From a virus: a stretch of DNA of 64,000 nt. The notes under the pieces were generated by a model. That model made no database searches. It saw only the letters and a list, made by a program, of their open reading frames with translations, and was not told the DNA's origin. The stretch lies in IMG/VR virus record IMGVR_UViG_3300032087_004407, positions 14,890 to 78,889 of that record. One strand, written 5' to 3'. A program made the translations under genes and the position numbers. Positions 10,855 through 20,596 of this stretch are shown here, piece after piece; within the stretch, counting starts at the first letter, position 1, and each line of letters begins with the position of its first letter.

Positions 10855-11259
10855 ATGAAAGACATTGATGTACGTTGGGTCGAAAACAGTAAGACCAAAA
10901 AGACTTCCCTCAAGACGATCTCAAGAGAAAAGTACAATGATTATCCAGAAGGGACTGCTACTGTTCAGCTTGAAAACATCAAATCAAAAAACTCAGATGC
11001 AAAAGTCTGGTTTATATTTGAAGGCAAAAATGATGTAGTTACCGAATGGGATTACCAAAAACAAGCAGGAGTATCTCGCGGTATCGTATGGAGAACAACC
11101 GTGCAAGTCGATTTAGTTTACAAAGAAAACATTGACGATTACTATATGTATATCAACTTTCCGAATGGCAAGTACAATGCACCATTACTTAATGGCGAAG
11201 AATTTAGTTCACTTTATCACACGGTTAACAAGATTAAAAATCAACTAAAGTTACTTTGA
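10855..11259 (+). CDS. Hypothetical protein, paralogue of 11982..12341
   Basis: Leaderless promoter 10819-10847; shared MKDI..V.W..N.KT...P.G..TV....I.S....A.V(W/Y)F. Confidence 0.6.
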   Translation: MKDIDVRWVENSKTKKTSLKTISREKYNDYPEGTATVQLENIKSKNSDAKVWFIFEGKNDVVTEWDYQKQAGVSRGIVWRTTVQVDLVYKENIDDYYMYINFPNGKYNAPLLNGEEFSSLYHTVNKIKNQLKLL

Positions 11260-11981
11260 AAATATTTAATTATATAAAAGATGGCATCTGCGAACCAATA
11301 ACAGCAGAAACTCGCAAAGAAGCAAATGAATTGTTTATTGCTACATTTGATGTAAAAATAGACGAAGTTAAAACAGACAACGACAAAGATCAATACAAAT
11401 TTGAGTTTTATGAAACAGCAAAGTAATCGCGAAGATCATCCATACTTTCAAGAATTAAGAAATCCTTATCCTATGAAACAGCAAATTAACAATAAATGTG
11501 TTACATCTTCTACGATCAATGTAGATGATTGGATTATTGAAGCTAAAAGCGCACATAACGATGGATATACTCAATTATATTACAAGACACTACTACGCGA
11601 TTTAAAAGATCGACTTAACTCACTACAATTTTTAAACGAATACAATCATGGCGAAAAAAACGACAAGTAACAACAAGCAAGTTCTAAACGAGAAAAAACG
11701 CAACAAAGGAGTTCACGCAAAGAACAAAACTTCGTGGAACCCAAACAGCAAAAACTATAAAAAAGCATACAGAGGTCAAGGTCGATGAACAGATTAAGTG
11801 AATTAAACATTAGTATCCCTCTTGTAAAGCGAGAGTTTGATCGAACTATCAACAGTATTGCTTCGTGGAAAAACCAATACACAACCAAAATGGAAATTAA
11901 TCTAACCAAAGATTTAATGCGATTAACTGAAAAGTGGGAAAAGAAAGCTCAAAAAGAAGCAGGATGGTAAATTTTAAAAAC

Positions 11982-12341
11982 ATGAAAGACATTAGTAAAA
12001 ACGTATATTGGGAAAGAAATATCAAAACGAGACGCAATCCTAATATTGCCAGCCAAGTTATTCCAAAAACTTCTACTGATAATTTTCCGCATGGTGCGGT
12101 AACAGTACGTTATCAGCATATTACCTCAAGCAGACCAAGCGCGTCAGTATATTTTTATGGCAAATCTTATAACAATGGTTTGAGAAATTGGCCAAGTAGC
12201 AAATTGATTGTTTACATTTCTCCTGCGACAAATGGAGGTTATCACTACAATTATAATGGTCATTCAAAAAGCGATACGTTTTCTTTGCGTGACGTTACTA
12301 ATTACTGCGAGTACATTCAATCAGAAATGGAGAATATGTAA
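11982..12341 (+). CDS. Hypothetical protein, paralogue of 10855..11259
   Basis: N-terminal similarity to 10855 ORF. Confidence 0.55.
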   Translation: MKDISKNVYWERNIKTRRNPNIASQVIPKTSTDNFPHGAVTVRYQHITSSRPSASVYFYGKSYNNGLRNWPSSKLIVYISPATNGGYHYNYNGHSKSDTFSLRDVTNYCEYIQSEMENM

Positions 12342-12843
12342 TGGCAGAAAAACCCAAAGTAAAACCTAAAGCTAAATCTAAACCAAGCAAAAGTAAATCT
12401 ACTGCTGGCAAAGGCGACAATCCTAGAAATTGTTTTTCAGATGATTACAGAGATAATTACGACAGCATAGATTGGTCAAGTGCGAAAAATATTTAAATTT
12501 ATTAAAAAATGGGATTTGATATGGGTAATGTTTCTTGCATTTATAAGTTTGATTTTAGCATCAATACTTATGCTCGCAGTAGCGCATTACATAATTAAAC
12601 ACATTTTTTAGTGTAATTATATGACCATGAAAACAGATGACTTGAAAGACAGAGTAGATGTAATACTCATGGAATTGCATGAATTAGAAAACAATGCTAC
12701 AAGATTAAAGCAATATGCTGCTAAATTAACTAAAAGCATTTATGAAGTTAATAAAAAGTTGCATCAAATTCCAATTCCAAACACTATTGAAGAAGATGAT
12801 AACTCCGAAATGGAGATATTTGGCGAAGAATAAATAACAAATC

Positions 12844-12920
12844 GCGTAAGTCTTTGAATGCCAGAGACTTACGCTTTTTAAATTTCCAAAGTCGTAACTC
12901 TCTTATAATCAATGAGTTAC
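12844..12920. repeat. Two 7-13-7 inverted-repeat elements (IHF-consensus-like)
   Basis: GTAAGTC-13-GACTTAC (12846-12872) and GTAACTC-13-GAGTTAC (12894-12920); AATCAATGAGTTA fits WATCAANNNNTTR. Confidence 0.6.
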
Positions 12921-13555
12921 AATCACCAAAAACACATTTAATGACATACAAAGAATTATTATATAAAATGGCTCAATTGGGTATGCTCACTTTGTCCAAT
13001 GATAAAGATGGCAGAGGTTTGTTTTGGGTAGGTATGGACAACATGAATGCACTAGAAAAAGAGTTCGATTGGAAGGACTTTGAAAATATTCATGTAAAAG
13101 AAAAAGAATACTATATAGATAAACAAGGCAGAAAAATGGAAAAACATACAAACTACGAATATGTTCAACCACTTTTCAGCGAAAAAAATCCTTGACATAG
13201 ACCGTATATTGGTATATAATATTGCCCTCTTGAACATGGAAGAATCATTTGAAACACAATGCAGGTTTTGCGGCGAGTCTCTTAACATACCAGAGGACGA
13301 ACACTTACTCGGAGAAGGTCATATTCACATTGAGTGTGAAATGGATTACGAGGAACTAACCAGTTATTCACCAACAGATTTGTGGTAATATGTATTTAAG
13401 CAGAACAACTTGCGATACAATAGAAAGAGAAATTGCTCGCGAAAAATACAAAGTTGTACGAGATTATAAAGTGAGTAGCTATTGGAATGACCCTGCACAA
13501 CAATGGGACAATCCAGAATTAAGAGCAGAAACGATTGCTAGATTAAACAAAAAAA

Positions 13556-13882
13556 ATGCACAATAAAGAAAATTGCTCTGTCTGCGACAAACCAATCAAA
13601 GGTAAATGGGACAGTCAAATTCACCTAGCCTTGGAAACAGGAGAATTAAAGAAGGATAGTGCGTACAAGCACTTTATACGAGACAAGCACATAAAATGCT
13701 CTCCAAGCCGCGCACAACGCATTATACACCCTCAATTCCCAACCGTTGTAGATAACAGACCACAATTCGATATACGACGAGGTTTACGTTGCTGGACAAA
13801 CGAGGACAGAGAAAAGTGGATAAAGACATATACAGAGGCATGGGTAAGATTACAAGAAAAGTATAACCCTAATTGGAAATGA
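13556..13882 (+). CDS. Hypothetical protein with CxxC motif
   Basis: ORF in operon context. Confidence 0.55.
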   Translation: MHNKENCSVCDKPIKGKWDSQIHLALETGELKKDSAYKHFIRDKHIKCSPSRAQRIIHPQFPTVVDNRPQFDIRRGLRCWTNEDREKWIKTYTEAWVRLQEKYNPNWK

Positions 13883-14148
13883 AAAACATATTAATTATAT
13901 TATTAGTATTCGCGGCTACAATAAGCGCACAACAATTCAAAGTAACATTTTTACCAGATGGCAAGGTTATGATTGCACCAGACTTGCCAGATAACCACAA
14001 TGGCACTTTTACATACTTTGTTTTAAACAAAGAGACACAAAGCGTAGAGAATATGTTTTACAATCATACAGAAGCAATAATGTATAATCAAAAAGTTAAT
14101 GGTAATATACTTGTAACACCAAACATTTATTAAAATTTTAAAAAAACT

Positions 14149-14358
14149 ATGGCACATTTCATTAAATTACATACGGCAGGACAAAACCAAGAGATATTGT
14201 TTAACCTTGATACAGTTGTAAGTATTGAACCATACGGCGAACATTCTACGATTATGACTCGCTGGAGTCACCAAAATGTAAAGGAAAGTTTGGACGAAAT
14301 ACAAAAACTAGCACAAGGACAAGGACAAACAGTTGCTAAATTCAATGATATTGGATAA
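14149..14358 (+). CDS. FlbD/SwrD-like small protein
   Basis: FIKLH...FNLDTVVSIE...TI...VKESLDEI resembles the FlbD family pattern. Confidence 0.5.
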   Translation: MAHFIKLHTAGQNQEILFNLDTVVSIEPYGEHSTIMTRWSHQNVKESLDEIQKLAQGQGQTVAKFNDIG

Positions 14359-15230
14359 TTAGTAATTAGTAATTACAAAATATCTTTTTTGTTATTAGAA
14401 ATTATTATTGTTGTTTTACTATGGTTTATCTTATTAATATACATAAATACATATAGAGAGAATACATACAAAGAATAGAATACATAATAAATACAATAAT
14501 AAAATGAATATTAATAATAATATTAAAATAATAAATAAAATAGTGAAAAAGGTGCGCGACTTAAATATATTTAAATATACCGTTAGTTCCCGTATTCTAC
14601 CATAATCTACCCAACAAGTCAATAAAATAATTAAATGATAATTAATTTCAATATTTTTAAAGTTTTACAAATTTGTTTTTATTTCGGTTTATTTGTCTTT
14701 ATGTATTATCTATTAGACAATAATCCACTAAATAATATATTCTTTTATTTAATGGTATTATGTATGATAGGTATTGATTATACTAGCTATTACAATGGAG
14801 TAATAACAGGAAGCAATAAAGCAATAATTAAATTCATGGAACAAATAAATAAAAGAGAAAATAAATTAAAAGAATTAGAAAGCCGCGAAGTTAATTGAAA
14901 ATAAAAATAAATTAAATTAAATAAAAAAAAATTTAAAGCATTGATAATCAATGAGTTACGCATTCGCCGCAATTTAATTGCAAATAAATTAATTATTAAT
15001 TAAATAAATTAAATAATAAATAATAAAAAAGGCCAAAAAAATTAAGTCATTGATAATCAGTAACTTAGTTTACTTTGCTACCAGTAAAAATACAACTTGC
15101 CGCAAAACTTAATTGCAAATAAAAAAATTAATTATTATCTTTTTTAATTAAATAAAATTTAATTGTTAATTAAAGTATTTAATGTTTTTTATTGAATTTT
15201 AGCTTGACTTGTGTAATTATATATAGTACA
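14359..15230. other. Extremely AT-rich, mostly non-coding region with repeats; candidate replication origin
   Basis: GCCGC-N3-5-TTAATTG(C/A)AAATAAA at 14882, 14966 and 15099 (variant at 15635); IHF-like boxes at 14933-14959 and 15042-15068; leftward promoter 14594-14622. Confidence 0.45.
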
Positions 15231-15980
15231 ATGACTATCGCAAAACAACCTCATTCTACTAATAATGAGAAACAAGCGGCTCAAAAAGATGGTCATGAAT
15301 CCAAGGATTAATCCCAAATAAACAAATACGCCGCTTAGTCGCCAAATATAATGCAACATAAATTCTATTTAATAATAGACAAAAATGTATCAGAATTAAA
15401 AGCAACAAATATGTTTATGAATTGGGTTAAAGATGTTTCAGAGTTTTTATTGCCAAATAATACAGGCACTACTCCAGAAGAGTTTTTCGAGCTAATGAAT
15501 ACAGCAAAAAGAATATCAAATAACGTTACCAGCGTAGAAAGTACTAAACATTATATATATCATACAAAACAATGAAATGCAAAATAAAAATAATTGGATC
15601 AAATAATGATATATTATCGTTGGGAAATGAATATCGCGGCGAGTTAATTGCAAATAAATTAATTGTAAATTCGCGCATTGAACATCATCTTTCATCTGAA
15701 AATATTTGGGAGTTACGAGATCAAGACTACAGTAAAGAATTGACATTAGACATCAAAGATGTTATTATATGCGATCAATACATCCATGTGGATGCATGGT
15801 TTGTAGATGCAGACAGTAATGGAGGAAGAGTAGAAATGGAACTATATTGGGAATCACTTGGATAATAATAGGTAGTATACTAGTATGGATATACCTAGAA
15901 ATAATAAATAACAATAATTGAAAATAAAAATAAATGAAATATAATTAAATAAAGCACAAATATTTGCTTAAAATATATAG

Positions 15981-16032
15981 AACTCTCACAAGGCAGGCCA
16001 AATACAGGTACGACCAAGTGAGAGTTTTTTTA
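15981..16032 (+). terminator. Stem-loop with T-tract ending the rightward block
   Basis: AACTCTCAC...GTGAGAGTT followed by a T-run; the loop is long. Confidence 0.45.
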
Positions 16033-16082
16033 TGCAATTGTAAATTAGAAACTGATAAATAATAAATAAAGAAATAATTTGC

Positions 16083-16164
16083 TTGACAGCGGCGGAATTT
16101 TTTGGTAAAATGTTATTGAGTCTCAGTCTCAACGGGGCCCCTAGGGCCCCCCCAGCATGTCAAG
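16083..16164 (+). repeat. GGGGCCCC element A, with sigma70 promoter and 7-1-7 box
   Basis: TTGACA-17-TAAAAT, TGAGTCTCAGTCTCA, GGGGCCCCTAGGGCCCC, TGTCAAG. Confidence 0.8.
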
Positions 16165-16170
16165 AAAAAA

Positions 16171-16245
16171 TGGTGGGTCGAGTGAGGTTCGAACTCACAA
16201 CCAATAGCTTAAAAGGCTACTGCTCTACCGTTGAGCTACCAACCC
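16171..16245 (-). tRNA. tRNA-Lys (UUU), CCA encoded
   Basis: Cloverleaf: acceptor GGGTTGG/TCGACCC, anticodon arm GTAGC-CTTTTAA-GCTAT, TTCGAAC T-loop, ACCA end. Confidence 0.95.
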
Positions 16246-16249
16246 ATGA

Positions 16250-16324
16250 TGGACGCGCAGGCTGGAATCGAACCAGCTCAAAAGACTTTTGCAGAGTCCC
16301 GCCTTACCATTCGGCCACTGCGCG
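16250..16324 (-). tRNA. tRNA-Cys (GCA), CCA encoded
   Basis: Acceptor CGCGCAG/CTGCGCG, anticodon loop CTGCAAA, T-arm GCTGG-TTCGATT-CCAGC, U73 discriminator. Confidence 0.95.
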
Positions 16325-16332
16325 GTTAATGG

Positions 16333-16611
16333 CTACCAATCGCAGCAGCCACCGTAGTCTTCATCAGTTCCCCAGCCAGCACTTGCCAACGCATCAGCAT
16401 CAGCTTCGGCATCGCTGTTAAACTGATCTTCGTTCCATGTGATCTCGACATCGTCGATAGACCACACAGTCTCAGCAACATCGTTATGCTTCCACACAAC
16501 ATCTGTGCAATTTTCCCATGCGCATTCAATCGCATCCTCAAGTCCTTCGTGAGACTTTGGAAACTCGCGGAATGTTCCGCCCTCTTCTATAACTTGGTAA
16601 CAGTTATCCAT
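16333..16611 (-). CDS. Small acidic protein, paralogue of 21707..22000
   Basis: Shared FNSDAEADADALASAGWGxDEDYGGC tail; own promoter TTGACT..TATACT at about 16621-16648. Confidence 0.8.
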   Translation of the reverse strand: MDNCYQVIEEGGTFREFPKSHEGLEDAIECAWENCTDVVWKHNDVAETVWSIDDVEITWNEDQFNSDAEADADALASAGWGTDEDYGGCCDW

Positions 16612-16644
16612 AACTTCTTTAGTATAACAAATTTTTCGGTAAAG

Positions 16645-16875
16645 TCAAGCACTAAAGTGTGCTAAAAGACTTTCTGCAGATTCCGCATCGCGGCTTATCG
16701 TACGAGCGTTTTCCAACTCTTTTATCGCAGAGGTTAAGATGCGCCTGATATCGTCCGTTTCACACCATTGTGTTTCTAGGTTGTCAACGACCCACTCAAG
16801 AGTACCTTCGACTCCTGCAATCTCCATACGCGCTTCTGTTTGCGTTGGCTTTTGTAGATATGCATTCTCTGACAT
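16645..16875 (-). CDS. Hypothetical protein (MSENAYLQ...)
   Basis: Promoter TTGACA..TATACT immediately upstream; its stop codon lies in the next -35. Confidence 0.7.
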   Translation of the reverse strand: MSENAYLQKPTQTEARMEIAGVEGTLEWVVDNLETQWCETDDIRRILTSAIKELENARTISRDAESAESLLAHFSA

Positions 16876-16936
16876 AACGAGGACAGTATAGCACGCTTTT
16901 TGCCATGTGTCAACATCTTTTTTACACATATTTTTT

Positions 16937-16967
16937 GCTTGACTTTCGAGGGGCCCCCCTGTCAAGC
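16937..16967. repeat. GGGGCCCC element B
   Basis: GCTTGAC-TTTCGA-GGGGCCCC-CCT-GTCAAGC, between divergent blocks. Confidence 0.85.
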
Positions 16968-17129
16968 TTTTTCTGTGTAAATTTAATTGAACTTTTTTCT
17001 TGCAATGTTTTCCAAATGTGATATAATTATACGCGTCAAAGGGGAAAGCTACCTGAGACAACCAAGCCAAAAAAAAGTTGAATTTTTTGCTTGCAATCGG
17101 AAAAAGTTTTTGTTATAATTATCGGACTT

Positions 17130-17897
17130 ATGAAAGGACTAATGTTACATTGTGGCGCACACGCAGTAGAGCGTGAGCAAGTTGCTGAGGTTAACACTCC
17201 CCAGCGCACGGAGACTTGGACTCCAATTTCTCACGAGTACTTGATCGATGAGGTCAGTCGTACTCTCAACGCCTCTCGCATGAATATTGCAGAGGAATCA
17301 CACGCCTTGACCCGTGATGGTCAACGCTACTTCGGGTTGTTTCGCATCGAGTCACAGGACTTGGCAAACAAGGACTACTCCACCGTGATGGGTCTACGCA
17401 ATGCACACGACAAGTGTTTTCCTGCTGCCATCGCATTTGGTGCAAGCGTTTTCGTTTGCGACAACCTATCGTTCTCTGGTGAGACTCAATTGGCTCGACG
17501 CCACACCAAGAACATCTTCCGCGATTTGCCGCAGGTCATTTCGCGCACCATTGGCCAACTTGCTGACAAGTGGTCATTTCAGGACAAGCGTTTCGACGCT
17601 TATCGTAACACGGACATCTCCGACAAGGAGGCTTGTTTCTTGGTTCGCGAGGCTTATCGTGCTGGTGCTTGCAAAAAGACCGACGCGATGGACATTCTCG
17701 ACCAATGGGAAAAGCCCAACCATCCTGAGTTCGAGGATCGCAATGCTTGGAGTCTCTTCAACGCATTCACCGAGGAGTTGAAAGGCAACTTGATTGCCCT
17801 CCCCAAACGCACACAAGCTCTTCACGGCTTGCTTGACGGTCACTGCGGTGTTCTTTCCGCAGATGAGTTACCCGCCACCAACGTCATTAACAATTAA
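17130..17897 (+). CDS. DUF932-family protein
   Basis: TWTPISH, RYFGLF, GLRNAHDK, VFVCDNLSF, RRHT, WSLFNAFTE; promoter TTGCAA-17-TATAAT at 17091-17119. Confidence 0.75.
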   Translation: MKGLMLHCGAHAVEREQVAEVNTPQRTETWTPISHEYLIDEVSRTLNASRMNIAEESHALTRDGQRYFGLFRIESQDLANKDYSTVMGLRNAHDKCFPAAIAFGASVFVCDNLSFSGETQLARRHTKNIFRDLPQVISRTIGQLADKWSFQDKRFDAYRNTDISDKEACFLVREAYRAGACKKTDAMDILDQWEKPNHPEFEDRNAWSLFNAFTEELKGNLIALPKRTQALHGLLDGHCGVLSADELPATNVINN

Positions 17898-18168
17898 TCG
17901 AAAGGATTTTTTGATATGGTACATCATCACCTAAAGAGCGTGCTTAATCGCACCAAAGGTCGTTTCACCAGTTTCTTGGTGAAGGATGGTTCTCGCCTCG
18001 GCTTGAGCGTATACAGCGCCAAGCACGTGAGCGCAACTCCTAAGTCTGTAGTGTTTGAAGACACGAACGGCGCAGGACGCAAGCGCATCGCTCGCGAGAA
18101 TATCTTGGTCGCTCAAGTAGCGAACGACGTATTCTACCGCAAGTAGAATCAGGGACATTCCCAAAGCA

Positions 18169-18200
18169 CCCGCTCACACTTGTTGTGAGTGGGATTTTTT
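18169..18200 (+). terminator. Intrinsic terminator
   Basis: CCCGCTCACA-CTTGT-TGTGAGTGGG-ATTTTTT. Confidence 0.8.
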
Positions 18201-18238
18201 GCTTGACACGATCGGGGGGGCCCCTCCCAGATGTCAAG
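18201..18238. repeat. GGGGCCCC element C
   Basis: CTTGACA...GGGGGGGCCCC...TGTCAAG. Confidence 0.85.
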
Positions 18239-18296
18239 TCTTTTCTTTGCTGATTTTAACGCTTGACTTTTTCCGTCAGTCTGCTATACTGTTCAC

Positions 18297-19186
18297 ATGA
18301 ATGAGGGATTTATTGCTTACACTAAAGACAACATCAACCTTTTTAGGTTGTTATCATTGCGCAGTGCGTTAAAACTAGAGATAGTTGGCATGAAAAAGCG
18401 CGGACGTTCAGCTTACAGCATTATCAAAGAAGAGTTTGGATTTAAAGGTAGCAAAGAATCAGTATTGGCAGACTTGCAAGAGTTAATCGCACAAAAAAAA
18501 GATGAAAACACTACAAGCGTACAAAAAGATAAGAAAGCCGCTTCCTCCCCCTTCATTCCCCTTGCCGAGCAAAAAAACTTACTCAAGGAAGAAAAAGTTC
18601 AAAAAAGGGGTTGACATAGGAGAATAGGTGTGCTATAATTATCGCGTTGTTTGAGAGAAGTATGAAGACTGTTGAAATGGAAAACTACTTGGAAGACATG
18701 GCTCAGGTTTTATTCGGCCGTGGTCGCAAGGTTGCAATGGACAACCAACTGTGTGTGATGTGCGGAGGTGACGCGAATTACTTCGCGGATGAGCTTTCCC
18801 GCAAAGAGTATGGCATATCTGGTATGTGCCAAGAGTGTCAGGACAAAACTTTTGCTTGACATACGACAAAAACTCTGGTATAATTTACGGACTTTATGAG
18901 AAAAGAAGTTGCTATAAGCGAAGGTCAGTTGTACAAGTTCAAAGGTGCAACGGTGCGTGTGGTGAAGCCAACCAACAACGATATGTGGTTGGTAACTGGT
19001 AAAGGACAGCTTTGGGGTTTCGCCAAAGACAGTCAGTTGGGCAAAGCGTCCAACAGAGAGAAGAGAGCTTACGAAGGTAAGCCAAGTTTAGTGGATCGAT
19101 TTTTAGGTGCATCAGAAGCACTTGGTGCGAAAGTTGGCCTATTATCCGTAGCATTGGTTATCGCAACGATAGCCGTTCTCTCATAA
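18297..19186 (+). other. Three small single-promoter ORFs (18297..18614, 18647..18859, 18896..19186)
   Basis: Each has its own sigma70 promoter (18263, 18611, 18856); 18647 ORF has CxxC...CxxC. Confidence 0.7.
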
Positions 19187-19192
19187 CAAACA

Positions 19193-19470
19193 AGTCAGAC
19201 TGGGCTGACTATAAACAACCCAGAAAATTTTCTCGTTCGACGGAGCGAGATAGGTGTGGCTGAATAAATCTTCGCCTAGAGGATTAAGGCACGCTTAACA
19301 GAACCAACGGCCAAGTGGCAGAGGAACTGTTGGGTGGTTTGAGTAGAGATCACTGAACTTGATCTAGGACTCGAAAGATGCAGGTAATCAATGAATCCTG
19401 TCACCATTTTTAATTTTGAGTTGGCGAGTTAAACACGCCTCCATCGCCCCCAAGGGACAGGGATGGTAAG
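19193..19470 (+). ncRNA. Structured non-coding RNA region: H-type pseudoknot plus multi-stem RNA (possibly manA-motif-like)
   Basis: No ORF; successive stems with G-U pairs at 19231-19250, 19251-19297, 19304-19333, 19341-19372 and 19380-19401. Confidence 0.6.
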
Positions 19471-19518
19471 ACATTTTACGCTTTATTGCTGGTGGCGCGG
19501 CAACAACTCATTTTTTTC

Positions 19519-19556
19519 CTTGACTTTTTGAGGGGGGCCCCCCACCCATGTCAAGC
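19519..19556. repeat. GGGGCCCC element D
   Basis: CTTGAC...GGGGGGCCCCCC...TGTCAAG. Confidence 0.85.
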
Positions 19557-19617
19557 TTTTTCTTTGCTGCTTTTTCTTATTGACTTATTTTTTGAATGTG
19601 CTATAATGTTCCCCGTT

Positions 19618-19761
19618 ATGAGAGAACAGATTGAAGAAAAAATTGCACAATGGGTTGATGACCTCGAACGCACTCCGCATTATCCATACCTCGACAAAAT
19701 TGTCACAGATGAGGACGTCGAAAAACTTTGCGAGGTTGTAGAAAAAATGTTTGACAACTAA
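19618..19761 (+). CDS. Small hypothetical protein (MREQIEEK...)
   Basis: Promoter TTGACT-16-TATAAT at 19580-19607. Confidence 0.6.
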   Translation: MREQIEEKIAQWVDDLERTPHYPYLDKIVTDEDVEKLCEVVEKMFDN

Positions 19762-19789
19762 CCCTGTATCTGCTATACTTTTTCCCGTT

Positions 19790-20536
19790 ATGACAAACAA
19801 CTTGCTAAAATTCGGATTTGAGAACGCTAAACTAAAAGGCATTTGGCATTTCAGCTTGCCAAGTGGTTGGACTTGCCCCGCTGCCACGGTGTGCATGACA
19901 CGCGCAGACAAAACCACAGGAAAAATTTCTGACGGTAAAAACCAAGAGTTTCGTTGTTATGCTGCTATGGACGAGGCACGTTATCCCACAGTCCGCAAAG
20001 CGCGTTGGCACAATTTCGATTTGCTAAAGAATTTGACCAAGGATGAAATGGTCGAGCTTATCTCGGACAGTTTACCCGCTGGCCTTCGTCGTGGTGGTTT
20101 GCTTCGTGTGCATATAGGTGGCGACTTTTTCAAGGCAGATTATTTTCAGGCATGGAAAGAGGTTGCGGAGAAGTTTAAGAAGATTACCTTTTACGCTTAT
20201 ACAAAAAGCCTTCACATTTGGGAGAAGTTCGTCAACGTCATTCCCGACAATTTCATTCTCACCGCATCCAAAGGCGGGAGATTCGACGAGAAAATCGAAT
20301 TGCTTGGCTTAAAAAGTGCCGAGGTTTTCTTGAGCGAAGAAGAAGCGACTATGGCAAACCTTGAGATTGACCACGACGACAGCCATGCTTGGGAGGGCAA
20401 AGAGTCTTTTGCCTTGCTTATACATGGACAACAAAAAGCTGGCAGCAAAGCCAGCGAAGCCCAAAAAGCCTTGAGGAAAAAAGGCATTCACGGCATCAAG
20501 CAACACAAAAAAAAGGAGGTGACTGTTGCCGCTTGA
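19790..20536 (+). CDS. GP88-family protein (radical-SAM-related fold)
   Basis: FSLPSGWTCP..C...CYA, RVHIGGDFF, FYAYTKS; promoter TTGACA-17-TATACT at 19751-19779. Confidence 0.7.
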   Translation: MTNNLLKFGFENAKLKGIWHFSLPSGWTCPAATVCMTRADKTTGKISDGKNQEFRCYAAMDEARYPTVRKARWHNFDLLKNLTKDEMVELISDSLPAGLRRGGLLRVHIGGDFFKADYFQAWKEVAEKFKKITFYAYTKSLHIWEKFVNVIPDNFILTASKGGRFDEKIELLGLKSAEVFLSEEEATMANLEIDHDDSHAWEGKESFALLIHGQQKAGSKASEAQKALRKKGIHGIKQHKKKEVTVAA

Positions 20537-20596
20537 TATCATTATCTTAGGAGCATTGTTTTACGGTAGTTGGTTAGTAGTTAATGATATAAAAAA

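Noticed and set aside
14434-14622. 62-aa hydrophobic ORF on the minus strand
   Set aside because: Its TTG start is the -35 box of a promoter, and the I/L/F/Y content just reflects low-complexity AT sequence
19333-19405. Hammerhead ribozyme (GAAA...CAGG/CCTGTC)
   Set aside because: The CUGANGA core is missing and GAAA is separated from the stem by GATG
2795-19790. ORF-track starts at 2795, 7764, 10819, 17091 and 19751
   Set aside because: These TTG codons are the -35 hexamers; the true starts are the ATGs after the -10 boxes
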